A program made the position numbers and the translations under genes. A DNA stretch of 64,000 bases, taken from Octopus vulgaris (taxonomy: Eukaryota). The stretch is from assembly GCA_951406725.2 (NCBI GenBank), contig OX597821.1, forward strand, positions 81,716,001 through 81,780,000, given 5' to 3'. Shown here piece after piece: positions 51,031 through 64,000 of this stretch (position 1 is its first letter; the number at the start of each line of letters is the position of its first letter). The notes under the pieces are model-generated. The model had not been told where the DNA came from. It was given only the letters and a program-made list of their open reading frames with translations, and did not search any database.

Positions 51031-51783
51031 CACCGGTTGCAGTAACAATTCTGCCAGCTCACAACTTTAGTATGGGTAATGATACCAAAATGAGACTTTA
51101 CCACTTCAAGGAACGAGAAGTGATTTCAAAGTGATATTAACACAAAGACTTGCAGACAACTTGCTTGTGCAAGTGCTGCTAATCAAAAGCTCTGCAAACC
51201 AGATGCCAGGAGGTTTCAGGTAACATCAAAGCATTACTTACAGGTGATTTTCATGGCAAACCCTTGCATTTAATCTGTTAGCACCTGAACTGACCATATC
51301 CGACTCAAACTGACTAGATCTGGCCTCTCACACCTACCCTACAATGTCATTCTAAAAATAAACAATCACATCATCAAAATCCGAGAGCTATAAAATAATG
51401 CAGGATTAATTCAAAACAATGTGAATAAACAAGGATTGCATTGGCAGAGTAATCTGAATGCCAAAGAGTTGAACTCATTGAAGAATACAATGTAATGTAG
51501 TCCTAAATATACTACATTTGGATAGGTTAATTACAAGTGAAACATCTCTCATAGGTCTGCTATATAAGGATTGACCAAAGACTCAACAACACCAATAGCG
51601 CAATGCATCATCAATAATCATTCGGTTACTGCATCATTTAAACATTGCATTTGGTGAAAATGAAATTAAAAAAAAAGAGACATCCTGCCATGAAGCCAAA
51701 ACTTGTTTCGCATGTTCTCAATTTACACGTTATCATATCACTGCAGAGTTTCCATAGCAACTGTTGTGGCCAAAGTGACTCAC

Positions 51784-51804
51784 CTGACTCACTTCTGATA
51801 ACAT
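51784..51804 (-). CDS. Candidate first coding segment MLSEVSQ (or MLSE), phase 0
   Basis: Minus strand aaaaaatATG TTA TCA GAA|GTG AGT CAG|gtgagt. It has an A-rich start context and a perfect CAG|GTGAGT donor, and is in phase with the 38527 and 7341 exons. Confidence 0.45.
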
Positions 51805-52857
51805 ATTTTTTTTTTTAAATCCCGATATGGAAAATGACATGATAAAAGAAAAAAAGTGTTGGTGGTGATGGCAGGTCTACAAGGTGATGATAATGATGGT
51901 GCTGATGATGATGAGAAAGGGAACAGACATAAGTGAAATGAATGAAAGGTGTGGAATCTGTGAGTATACCAATGTGTGTAATTACATGTGAAAAATTATG
52001 CCTAGAGAGATGTTCCAAAGAGGAATCAAATTAGTTTTGTAGATTCCATTTGCCAAAACTTCATTCATTCCATTATGTATTTTTCTCTAACAATAGCTTC
52101 TATGAATTAATGAAAGAGTCTTTAGGGGGGGGGGATCGATTTATCTGCTAAAAGTAGCAATCAAATCTTCAACCTACTGCCTCAAAAAATAGAGGTACAT
52201 TGAATCATGTAGACTTAGTAGATATACTTGAGAGAAAGAGGTGATAGACATGGGTGGAGAGCCTTTGACTACTGGTCTGTGCAATAAGAGTAGACCTGGG
52301 CACTAAACAATGAACAACTTATTTTGACAAACAATAACAATCACTTATTAATCTGGCAGAATCGTTAGCATGCTGGGAGAAATGCTTAGTGGTATTTCAT
52401 CCATTCTTACATTCTGAGTTCAAATTCTGCCACGGTCAACATTGTCTTTTTATCTTTTCAGGCTCAATAAAATAAGTACAAGTTGAGCACTGGGGTTGAT
52501 GTAATCAGCTCAACTACTCCTGGGTATGAGTATAAAAAATGTGTTTTGAATTTGGATCATAGTGAGGTCAATTTTGCTTTCATCCTAATATGGGAAATGG
52601 ATAAAGTGCCAGTCAACTACAAGAAATAGGGATGGTTGATTTTATCGCCTGTTTACTCTCTTAGAATTTATGACCTTGTATTTAACTAAAGAATCCCTAC
52701 AAATTTATCTGCACATTTGAGTAATTAAATACAGCCATGCACACAAACGGCTGCCAACAGATTTTTCTGCAAAATATGGATATTTCATCCTGTTCATGCT
52801 ATGTTATTAGCATTATCCTGCATTTGAGAATTTAAAATCATTTCCTTATCTGTATCT

Positions 52858-52891
<34 letters not shown>

Positions 52892-52936
52892 ATGGACATT
52901 AAAGGATGATGATGATGATATATAAACACACACACA

Positions 52937-52981
<45 letters not shown>

Positions 52982-53026
52982 TTATATACAAACATACACT
53001 ACACATATATATACACAAACATATAC

Positions 53027-53175
<149 letters not shown>

Positions 53176-53880
53176 TATGTTGCTTAATGTTGGACGAATG
53201 AGAAAGGAGTGCTCAATTCATGTTGCAGAAGATATGACACTTTTTATTAAAACCTTCAGCTCAAGTTTTAATAAAACTAAAATATATGTATGTATACACA
53301 GGCATCTATATCTATGTGTGCATACACATACATACATACACATTCATATAATGCATTTACATCACAGTATGCGGTCGTAAATGGGAGCAGATTTACCCAG
53401 TGTGTAAGAAATTTGTGGTTTGTAAAAGTGAGAACAAAAAACAAAATAAATAAATAAAATATTAAAAAATTGGGGACGAAACTAAATCCTGCAAGACATT
53501 TATTATTTAGTCTGGCGCTCTACCATACCCACCCTCACACTATTATATTATCAAAATTTGCTATTGATTGAAGAGATCATTGTGCAATATAACCAAATGA
53601 CTATTGTGGAAAGACACAGAGTTAACATTCTATTTTCTTTCAAGGTCTGATATATTGAGAAGATATTAACAATAAGTAAATGAAGTCATGAGGAAATAAT
53701 TATTCTTCGTAGAATAAACACGGTCAGAGAGTTCCTTATTAAATAGCAACATACTGCAAAAATAACTATAACTATAGAAAGCTACCAAGTAACACAGAGC
53801 TTTTGTACATAACTTGGTGCAAGTATTTGAGTCAATAGAAGAGAGTATTCTTCTCTCTATGTCCTCTCACTTTCTCTGTC

Positions 53881-53917
<37 letters not shown>

Positions 53918-54744
53918 GGCGTGTTTCATTGTGTGCATGTGAACTTGTAGACTATATATACATATATATATATATACATACAGATACACATGTACATGTA
54001 TATAATATCTATACACACACACACACATATACATATAACACACATGTTTTTGCTAGTGTTTAGAGGTGGGTGTATTTTGTGCCAATGCATGTGTACACTT
54101 GTAGTAGATGGTGTACACTTGCTCTTATCAGCGAGTTTGCATGCATGTGTAACTGTATATCTTATGATCAAATTTAATGTAATTTAACATTTTAATAAAT
54201 ATCCGTCAGTGCGTGTGTGTGCGCACGAACACGCACGCAAATATGTTGAAGAGCACAGGCATAAGCAAAGGATTAAGAAGTTTGCTTTGCAATTATAAAG
54301 CTCTAGGTTCAGTCCCACTGTTAGGCACTCTGGATAAATGTCTTCTGCCACCAACTTAGATTGACACAAGCTCTGGTACTAAATGCTGGATGGGGCACCA
54401 CCACAGAATGACAATTCCACTGGCAACACTGCTGCTTATCACATGGACACAGCAGGTGTGCGCCAAGCTAAGACAAGCACCTTGAGGTTGAGATTCCTTT
54501 GGAAAACAACATGAATCTGGCTACAGTCCCCACTGTTTAGAGACCTTCGGCCATTATCATTGAGTGGATGTTAATGACACCAGCCATCAGTCAATGGGAG
54601 ACTTGACAGCAAAGACAGGTGGTGTATGAGCATGCTGCTGCCCCTTGTTCAGCAAGCTCCCTTATTCATAAACAATGTAGAAACTCATCAGGTAGACTAT
54701 CAGCTTTGTCACAAACCATGTCACACACTGAGGAATTGCATTAA

Positions 54745-54965
54745 CACTTTAGCTTTCAGATTTCTCTGCCAAACGAACTATTATTCGCATTTATTTATAT
54801 TGTTTTGAATTAATGATGAATCATCTTGTAGCTTCAAGATTTTGATGATGTGATTATTTTTAGAAAGACACTGTAGGGTAGATGTGAGAGATCAGATTTG
54901 GCCAGTTTGAACATAAAGCAGGTAGAATATTTTGGCCAGATATGGCTGGTTTAAATGCTAAAGGG
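54745..54965. mobile_element. piggyBac-type MITE
   Basis: TTAA flanks at 54741-54744 and 54966-54969. Ends CACTTTAGCTTT / AATGCTAAAGGG. Confidence 0.85.
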
Positions 54966-57598
54966 TTAAGGGTACATGTATCTGTGGAATATTCAACCAC
55001 CTTACACTATAATTCAATAAAAAGGTTTCTTTCTTATTAGCTCTTTTGATAAAGAGGGAAGGCCTATGACTCTTTACAGGGTCTCAGAGGTAAATAGGAG
55101 GGAGGGAGGGAGGTATTCTCACTCTGGAAATTTGGTCCTGAATGTTTGCAACAAGGCAGATTCTGCTAAAGGAACCCTAATTAGCAGGTGGTGGTATTTG
55201 AGTGATGGATTATCTCTTTCACCCATTGAGAGATTGGAACTCCGAATACAAGAAGCTGGAACAAACACCGACAGACACTTTATCCAAAGATCTAACAACT
55301 TTGCCAAATTGATTTTACACTTGAGAAAGACACTCATCATAGTTAAAACAGATGGAGAATCCTTTTATTTTCCTAATTTTAAAAATATATAAAATGTCAG
55401 TGAAGAACACAAAGAAATAAAACCAATTTCGTTTATTTTTTCTAATTTTCTTTATCTTAGTTTGTTGTTTAGTTTTTATTTATCTGCCACCACCCATTCA
55501 ACATTAAATTGTTGGCTACTTCTGAGGCATTCTGAAAGTTTTAGTATGACTAAGTCACTTGTTATTGCCATGAACCAACTTGAATTGTGTCCAAAACAGT
55601 TTGCATTTGTCGAAAGAGTTTATGTAGTAAGAAGATACTGGCTGATAATTCAGAATTTACAAGTTTCTATGAGATATGTTGGAATAAAGTGATAGCATTC
55701 AGTAGAAAAGTGAATAAATATGTAATATAGCAAAAAAAAACAAAAAAAAAACAACCAAAGATGAAGAATAAAAGAGAATTTTGAAAGAAAAAAAGAAATG
55801 AAAAGAAAGATGAATATTTTTCTTGTGGTTCAGATTTCTCTATATAAATAATTGTTGTATTTATAAAAAAAGCAGATGCTGGCAAATAATAGTATTTTTT
55901 AAAATGAATGTTAGCAAAGTGGAAATTTTGAAGGATCTATTCAGAGAGTGGGAGGGAGGAGAGAAGGTGACGGAGAGGAAAAGAAAGCAACGTAACAACC
56001 TGAGAGATGGGCACAGACAATGATGGTAGAGGATGGGAGGGGGGGGAGACAGAGAAATAACAAATCAAGCAGAAATTCTGAGGCTATATTTTAAAACTGG
56101 ATTACTACAGCATATTAGGTAATACTTTTTCTTTTTCTTTTCTACTTGTTTCATTCATTTGACTGTGGCCATGCTGGAGCACCGCCTTTAGTCAAACAAT
56201 TTGACCCCAGGACTTATTCTTTGCAAACCTAGTACTTATTCTATTGGTCTCTTTTGCCAAACCACTAAGTTACGGGGACGTAAACACGCCAACATCAGTT
56301 GTCAAGCAATGGAGGGGGACAAACACAAACACAGAAACATATACATATATACATACATATACATAATGTCTACAATAATAAAAGCGCATTATATTTACAG
56401 AACATTAATAAAATGAAAATTTGCAGAGGTGCAGGCATAGCTATGAGGTTAAGAAGCTCACTTTGTTTCTTAACTGCACACTTGAGTTTTGGGTTCAATC
56501 CCATTGCGCAGCACCTTGGGAAAATGCCTTCTACCATAGCCCCAGATTGGCCAATGTTTTGAGAGGAAATTTGATAGATGGTAAATGGGTAGAAGCCTGT
56601 CACATATACATGTTGAAATGGTTTCTATAAAATATTATATATTATTCACAATTTACAAAATTTCTTTATTATTACTCCTGTCTCACAAACGGTCATGTGG
56701 GGCCCCGAGTGACAGTTTGTGAGGGTTGGGGGGGGGGGGGAGAGATTTTAATAAAATAGCATTTTACTCTACCTTTGGTATTCAAGTACTATTTGTTTCC
56801 ATCTTGTTTTGTACCTGTGTGTGTGTATAAGCATATATATGTGTGTATGTTCTTGTGTTTGTCCCACCACCATTTGACAACTGGCATTGGTTTGTTTACA
56901 TCTCTGTAATGTAGCAGTTCGGCAAAAGAACTGATAGAATAACTACCAAGCTTAAAAATAAGTTCTGGGGTCAATTTGTTCAACTAAAGCTTCACAGTAA
57001 TGACCCCTGATCTAGCAGATACGGTGTATCTTGGACTACATTAATCAGTGTGTCTTCACTTGAAGATATGGTATGATTTAAAGGAGATTTAGCTGCTTTT
57101 TTTAACAGATTACATGATTGCTCCTTTTTCGAGGCCTCCGTTAGTTACAGGTGGCTCCGGGTTTGGTGCTGATATTTTTATGACATCTGCAGACCTGTTA
57201 GTCTGCAACTTTATTCTTCATACAGATACCTTAAGATCAAATTAGTTTTAGCAGGATACGAACTAAACAAATAGAAATTACTGAGTTTCTCATGAATTAA
57301 ACAGCCCTACTAATGCTCCTATCATGTAACTGTTTTATGCTTTGCTATCTAAAAAATATTCAGCTAAGTAAACTGAAATGATGACTATTTTGTTGCCCTG
57401 CCCAAGGAATTAATATGACAGATTGATAATCCGTCTGTAAAGAAGCTAGCATTCTGCCTACTGTCATTATATCTTGCTCCACCTATGTAGAGGAGGGGAA
57501 AAAACACGAATCATACATCAATAGAAGAGTTGTTAAGATTCAGCAGTGTCAGGAAGAACACAGGTAACTGTTGCTAAAGAAAACTATGAAGAACATAC

Positions 57599-57850
57599 CT
57601 GGATTTCAAAACAACAATGTCAAATTAGGTTGCACAACAGCAGTTGAAGTAGTCAACTTGTTACGCAACAGAAGTGTGCAGCTGTTTATAAAGTGTGGCT
57701 CGGTGGCATCAGCTGCAGTCACTTTACTACAGGGGTTGCACAGAATCAGCGATGGAAATACTAGCCGACTGGGGATACACAGGTAATAGCAACTGGTGGT
57801 GTTGTGTGACACAGTGTGATGTAGTACTTGTGTGGGAGGTGTGATATTTA
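57599..57850 (-). other. Candidate non-coding 5' exon (upstream boundary unknown)
   Basis: Unique, relatively GC/CpG-rich segment ending CAG|gtatgt on the minus strand. No ATG-initiated frame reaches the donor. Confidence 0.3.
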
Positions 57851-58138
57851 AGATATAGTATAGAGTGCAAAGAAAGGTGATGAGATTATGATGCAGAATG
57901 AGAGAAGTAGTTATGACAAGAGGGTTATTGGTTTCAAATGAACTTGGAATATCAAACCAAATTGGGATAATAAACTACTAAAAAGAAAATGAAAATAGAC
58001 AAAAATAAATAAAAACATCACTAGTGAGAGAAACAAGAGTGTTGGACAGGAATCTTCTGGTTGTAAAGCTATATAAAAAGATGTTATGCTACTCAGTAGA
58101 CTTAAGGACAGGAAACCATGTTAATAATTTCAGGAGCA

Positions 58139-58238
58139 GAATGAAATGATTGGGTGCAGTTGTTAGGATGCTAGTGATTTGGTATGGCTGACTGGACATA
58201 GAATCTGTTTTGGCAACAGTACTTTTTGGCACTGGAGG
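58139..58238 (+). repeat. Copy 3 of the ~100-bp dispersed element
   Basis: Aligns ungapped to 638-737 and to the reverse complement of 19370-19456. Followed by (CA)-rich sequence, as in copy 1. Confidence 0.8.
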
Positions 58239-59151
58239 TAAACACACATACACACACATATACATTGAGAGAGAGAGAGAGATTCCAAGTTAATAATAGA
58301 ACACAACTGACACTTTCCCTCTCCTCATGAAGAGAAATATGTTGACACGCACCAAACAGAAACAGAGAGGGCGAATCAACAATGCCAAATAGGAAGCGCC
58401 AGAATGGCTGTACCAAAATGTCTCGTATCCTTTTCAGAAGATTTAAGATAACCATCAAACAAATTTTCATAACATAAAATACAATAAAGTTTTTTTATGA
58501 AAATGCTAGCCTTTAACAAAGTATTTGGCCTAAAGTCACATGTTGCCAGTTGTGTATTCTAATATTTATACCATTAAATGTAATCCGTTTGATGAGTGTT
58601 TAAATAAATCCTTTTAATTTCAACAAAGAGGACCAATCTAATTCTTACTACAACTCTCTTGTTATATCATTATTCATTGGAGAATAAACTCCTTTCCAAA
58701 TTTTCCATCCTTAAATGAATTTGCAGAAAGGCTCTGGCTTAATTTTCAGGCACTATGAAGAAAATCAAAATTTAAAAAAGAGGTTAACTACAGCATATAT
58801 TGACTTTATTGATCTTAAATGCAGTTATTATTGCTCTGATCGGATGTAACATCTGGCAGGGTGAAAGCAGGTTTTGGCAGGAGAATTGCACGGTTATTAA
58901 TATTTGCGAAAAATTACCAACACTAACAAATATAATAGGATAACATTAAGTGTTAATAACGAAACTGACGCAATCACAATACTAGTATGAGGGCTAAGGG
59001 ACAGAAACTAGTAACTGGAGCTAAGGGAGCCTGAATCTAAATGTGGTTTAGAGAAAGGAGTTTGTTCTCCAAGTCAGGAAATAAGGTCAGGTAGTTGCAG
59101 ATCAAATTCTCCTTATATCACACCCTCCTTTTTTTAAAAGAAAACAATAGT

Positions 59152-59930
59152 AGGCATAGGAGTGGCTGTGTGGTAAGTAGCTTGTTTACCAACCACATGG
59201 TTCCAGGTTCAGTCCCACTGAGCGGCACCTTGGGCAAGTGTCTTCTACTATAGCCTCGGGCCTACCAAAGCCTTGTGAGTGGATTTGATAGACGGAAACT
59301 GAAAGAAGCCCATCGTATATATGTATATGTGTGTGTGTATGTGTCTGTGTTTGTCCCCCAACATCCCTTGACAACCAATGCTGGTGTGTTTATGTCCCGG
59401 TAACTTAGCAGTTTGTCAAAAAAGACTGATAAAATAAGTACTAGGCTTACAAAGAATAAGTCCTGGGGTTGATTTGCTCAACTAAAGGTGGTGCTCCAGC
59501 ATGGCCACAGTCAAATGACTGAAACAAGTAAAAGAGTAAAGAGAATAGGCAATCATGGGCATGGCTGTGTGTGGTTAATAAACTTGCTTTGCAACACTGT
59601 GGCTTCAGGTTCAGTTTCACTATGCAGCACCATGGGCAATTATTTTCTACTATGGCCCAGGGCCAACTAATTGTGAGCGAACATTGTAGATAGAAACTGT
59701 GTGGAAACCCAACATATATGTGTGTATCTTAGGGTTTGCCCCCTATCATTACTTGACAACTGGTGTTGGTCTGTTTACATCCCCATAACTTAGTGGTTTA
59801 GCAAAAAAGAAACCCGTAGAATAAGTACCAGATTAAAAAAAAAAGTACTGGGATCAATTTGTTCAATTAAACCCATCAAGGTAAAGCCCCAGCATGGCCA
59901 CAGTCAAATGACTGAAACAAGAAAATGAAC
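59152..59930 (+). mobile_element. Two tandem CORE-like SINEs (young 59152-59545, older 59555-59930)
   Basis: Both are colinear with 12291-12701. A third copy lies at about 60550-60885. Confidence 0.85.
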
Positions 59931-60900
59931 AAAGGAACTAGCCTGGATAAAAAGAGAGTATGGTCATGGTCAGAAGGCTTTAGATTACACGTGTCTACAA
60001 GATCAAGAGATGACTGGAGATTAAGTAACAATAAACTTGAGATAAAATGAATTCATAAACAGCAACAAACTATAACTTCCCATCAGTGTTGTAATATATA
60101 AATAACAAAGAATATTACAATATCCTATTTCAGAATACAATAAATAATTAGTAGAACATTGACTATAAAACTAATTTATTCAGGAGTGGAGAATTGAAAG
60201 AAAATTCCTTAACTGTAGAACATAAATGACCTAATATTGTAAATTAGAACAATGTTTTAATAAGAAACAAAAAAAAAAAACAATTTGCCATGAAATAATT
60301 AAATTTAAATTACAAAATAATTAATGATAAAACATTCAAATATAATGTATTAATATAATTAAACAGGGCATGGCTGGAAACAATTGCTGAACTATATTAG
60401 ATATGACAAATACAACGCAACATGTTGAGACACTTTAAGCAATTTTAGTTGTAGTTTAAAAGCGATCTTTGAAAATTTTCATTTGTTCTTAGATGATGGG
60501 TCATATTTGAAGTGTAAGAATCTTCTTCTGTTCATGACAGACAAATGGAACTGTGTGGCTAAGAAGCTCGTTTTGCAACCAAATAGTTTAGGGTTCAGTC
60601 CCAACAGTCCCCGGCCAGCTAATGTCTTGTGAGTGAATTTGATAGATGGAAACTGAGTGGAAACCCATCGTACATGTGTGTGTGTGTGTGTGTGTGTGTG
60701 ACTGTGTATTTAACCCCTTGACAACCAGTGTTGGTTTGTTTATGTCCTGTAACTTAGTGACTCAACAAAAAGATCAACAGAATAAATATAAGACTAAAAA
60801 ATAAGCACGCTTGACAAAGCCCTTCAAGATAATGTTCCAGCATGGCTGCTGTCCAATGACTGAAACAAGTAAAAGATAAAAGAGAAAGATAATCCTTTAA

Positions 60901-61115
60901 CCCTTTAGCATTTAATCTGGTCATATCTGACCAAAATATTCTATTTGTTTTATGCTCATAGTGACCAGGTCCAACCTTTAATATCTGTCCTTGAATACCA
61001 TTCTAAAAATAAACAAACATCAAAATCCTGATGCTACAAGATAATGAAGGATTAATTCAGAACAATGTAAATAAATAAGCATTATATTTGACAGGATAAT
61101 CTGAATATTATAGGG
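60901..61115. mobile_element. piggyBac-type MITE
   Basis: TTAA flanks at 60897-60900 and 61116-61119. Ends CCCTTTAGCATT / AATATTATAGGG. Confidence 0.8.
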
Positions 61116-61609
61116 TTAAATACCTAAGCAGGAGACAGTGTTAAAGTGGTACAGAAACATTTAAGACACTTAATCACTTACATGACACCACCATGAGTGC
61201 TTTTCACTACCAGAGGGACTGGCCTTAACATTTCTGCTGCACTCAGCAGCAGAAGTGTTAAGGTCGGTCCGTCTGATGGTGAAAAAGCACTCCTGGCAAT
61301 GCCACAGAAAAGCATGTGTGTGGTGTCACATAAAAGTGTCCACGTAGTGCCATGTAAAAAAAGCACCCAGCACACTCTGTAAAGTGGTTGGTGTTAGGAA
61401 GGGCATCCAGTCGTAGAAACCATGCCAAAACAGACTGGAGTCTGGTGCAGCTCCCCAGCTCTGGTCAAACTGTCCAAACCATGCCAGCATGGATAACGGA
61501 GGTTAAATGATGATGATGTCTACAGGTTCTGTCCTAATCTCAACCACCAGCACAAACTCTTCTGTTTGTATGAACACGAGGACTTTCTCTTGACATCCAC
61601 CTTTCTTCT

Positions 61610-61932
61610 AGAAATGCCAACTCAACTAACATTTGTGTGTGCCAAATCTCAACAGATGCTGCTCTGCAATCTGTATCAACTCAACTTCCAGCCTTCAACA
61701 GACTGCAATAACACCAAAGAGACAACAGTACAAGGCGGTAGAGCATTCACACCACTGTACTGTGCCAACTCCAATGTCAGCAGCTTACCAGGAATATCAA
61801 TTCAACAACCTAGCCTGCACTTACTGCCAGATCTCTACTATCTGTGCCAATTCCACTGTCTATCACAAGTATCAATTCGACTACCTATTCTGTGCTGATA
61901 GCTAGCTACTGTTTTGTGCCAACTCAACTGCT
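61610..61932. repeat. Degenerate tandem repeat (TGTGCCAACTC / TATCAATTC units)
   Basis: Recurring TGTGCCAA(C/T)TC and TATCAA(C/T)TC motifs at irregular 20-35 bp spacing. Confidence 0.5.
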
Positions 61933-63823
61933 TTACTTCATTCACGAAGCCTAATGCAATAATTAACAACCACATACATGTTTAGATTTCTCAGGTAAAT
62001 CATTACAACTACATTTTATGAGTTCTTTCTTTTTTCCTTGCTTCACTATATTTTAACTTATATCCACTGTGACATGAATATTCAGATGAGTCAGGTACAA
62101 CAAACTTTTCTAAGTTCAACCACACACACACACACACATTCTTTTACTGGTTTCAGTCACTGGACTGCAACAATGCTCGAGCACTGCCTTAAGGGTTTAG
62201 TTGATCAAATCAGTTCCAGAGATTACTTTTCGAAGTCTGGTATTTATTCTGTTGGTCGCTTTTGCTGAACCATTAAGTTACAAGAACATAAACAAAACAA
62301 CACCAGATGAACAGACAGGTAGATAGATGCAAATACATTGCAACAGTAGCATACACCAATACATCATCAATCTCATTCAACATCCATTTTCCATACTGGC
62401 ATGGGTTGGGCAGATTGACAGGGGCTGGCAAGGCCAGGAGCCACACAAGGTTCTACAGTCTATTTTGGCTTGGTTTTGACAGCTAGATGCCCTTCCTGAT
62501 GTCAACCACTTTACAGAGTGTACTGGGTGTTTTTTACATGGCACCATTACTAGTGCCCTTCATGGGCAAACATTGCTAAAGCGGTTTCAGAATATTACAG
62601 AATAATATAACCTCATGCATATCCCTGGCCAGACAACATATTTTCTCCATTTTGATTATTCAGGGTTTTTACATTTTTTTTTTTTTTGCTAATTTTTACC
62701 AATAAAATCTATAACATTTCAGTGTAACTTTGTTTTGAAAGAGTAATTATTTGACTGTTGACAATTTGTATATCCACAGGTATTTCAGAGCTGTGAATAT
62801 GCATATTAATCCCCACTCCTCAATGTGTTGGTATGCACACACACACACACAATTATTTTCAATCAATTAGCCCTATTACTATAGGAATGTATTTTGCTTT
62901 TGTGTTGTGTGTTGTGTGTTTATGTCACATGTTTCTCTGCAGGAATTGGCAACCAAGTAAAACATGAAAGAGGAAATAATTGAATTAGTATCATAATGTA
63001 ATTATAAAATAAGTAGACTATTTTGAAGAGATCAGCTTATGTTATTGCATTCATAAGGATTCTGTGCGTGTGTGTATATGAAATAAATTGTTTTCAAGAG
63101 TGGAATTCAAAGTAGTTAAGGCTATAAGTCATAATGTTTAAATATGTTAAAAAACCCTCAGATGGAAAAACTTGAAGGCTGCTCATGGGACTTGAACCCA
63201 GTTTCTGCAAACATGACAGATTTTCCACCATTATACCAAAGCAATCCTTCAAAATCCCCCATCTATTTTTGAAACTTTGCTCTCATGACATAAAGAACAC
63301 CCTCACACAAAATCAATTTTACAGGATGCCAACCTTCAATGCTAAAAAGAAAAAAAATGTTGGCAATATAAACAGGAATATTCAAAATTTTGTTTTATTT
63401 CCTTAATCACCAATGAGGCAGACAGTACCTACGTGGATGCATGTTATGTGAAAAGGCTTAAGGAAATGATGTAATGATGCCTTGAGAGAAAGTATTCAGA
63501 TAAAATAAAGCTGTAATTATTTTTTTTCACAAAACTGGAAAAAATTTTTGGTAAATGTCCAATCTAAAGCCATTTCCCAAGTCTTGCTCTCATGCTGATA
63601 TCAAAAAAGGGAATTTAGGCCTTTTATAATATTCCCTTTAACATACAATAAAATGGTATAACACATACATTTAGAAGGTAGTTGTTCTTCTCAGTAACAA
63701 AGTACAATACCATATTGATGAGATGGTAACAGATGTTGAAAAGATGGCAACTTTAAAACTTCAACAGTCTAAGTTTTCTATTCAACTAGTCAATATTTTA
63801 CAAGTTTTAATATGTTCATGTAG

Positions 63824-64000
63824 GGCAAAGCAGCAAGCTGGCAGAAACGTTAGCACGCCGAGCGAAATGCTGAGCAGTATTTCGTCTACTGTTACGTTCT
63901 GAGTTCAAATTCCGCCGAGGTCGATTTTGCCTTTCATCCTTTCAGGGTTGATAAATTAAGTACCAGTTGCGCACTGGGGTCGATATAATCGACTTAATCC
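63824..64000 (+). mobile_element. Young Meta-like SINE, cut by the window edge
   Basis: GCTGGCAGAAACGTTAGCACGCCG..GAGTTCAAATTCCGCCGAGGTCG..GCCTTTCATCCTTTC..GATAAATTAAGTACCAG. Confidence 0.9.

Noticed and set aside
53573-53595. bantam-like miRNA (GAGATCATTGTG)
   Set aside because: Only the 5' part matches, and there is no complementary arm to form a precursor hairpin.
58225-58246. miR-96/263-like sequence TTTGGCACTGGAGG
   Set aside because: There is no hairpin partner, and it is part of the three-copy dispersed element.

Overview
AT-rich, microsatellite-rich eukaryotic DNA. The SINE, LINE and MITE repertoire points to an octopus (coleoid cephalopod) genome; this is inferred from repeat style only. 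None of the ORFs in the supplied track looks like a real gene. Most of the window appears to be long introns at the 5' end of one minus-strand gene. Three tiny exons with strong splice sites and compatible phases (51804-51784, 38527-38489, 7341-7286) join to give MLSEVSQ-KNDFLTQTILPEA-LASPTSEENMSDLRNIIT(K/N), which I cannot assign to a protein family. Alternative first exons may end at 57599 and 33057. The rest is tRNA-derived SINEs (CORE-, Meta- and V-domain-like), RTE- and CR1-like LINE 3' fragments, and piggyBac (TTAA), hAT and Mutator-like MITEs. The most interesting observations are: a ~100-bp ungapped element in three dispersed copies; a 13-bp arm at 829-841 that can pair locally or with a site 4.8 kb away; a recurrent CATTCTTRGT motif; SINE head/tail swapping between two LINE partners; and several perfect palindromes. 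No prokaryotic-type system, CRISPR array, rRNA or genuine tRNA gene is supported. Boundaries of old repeats are approximate.
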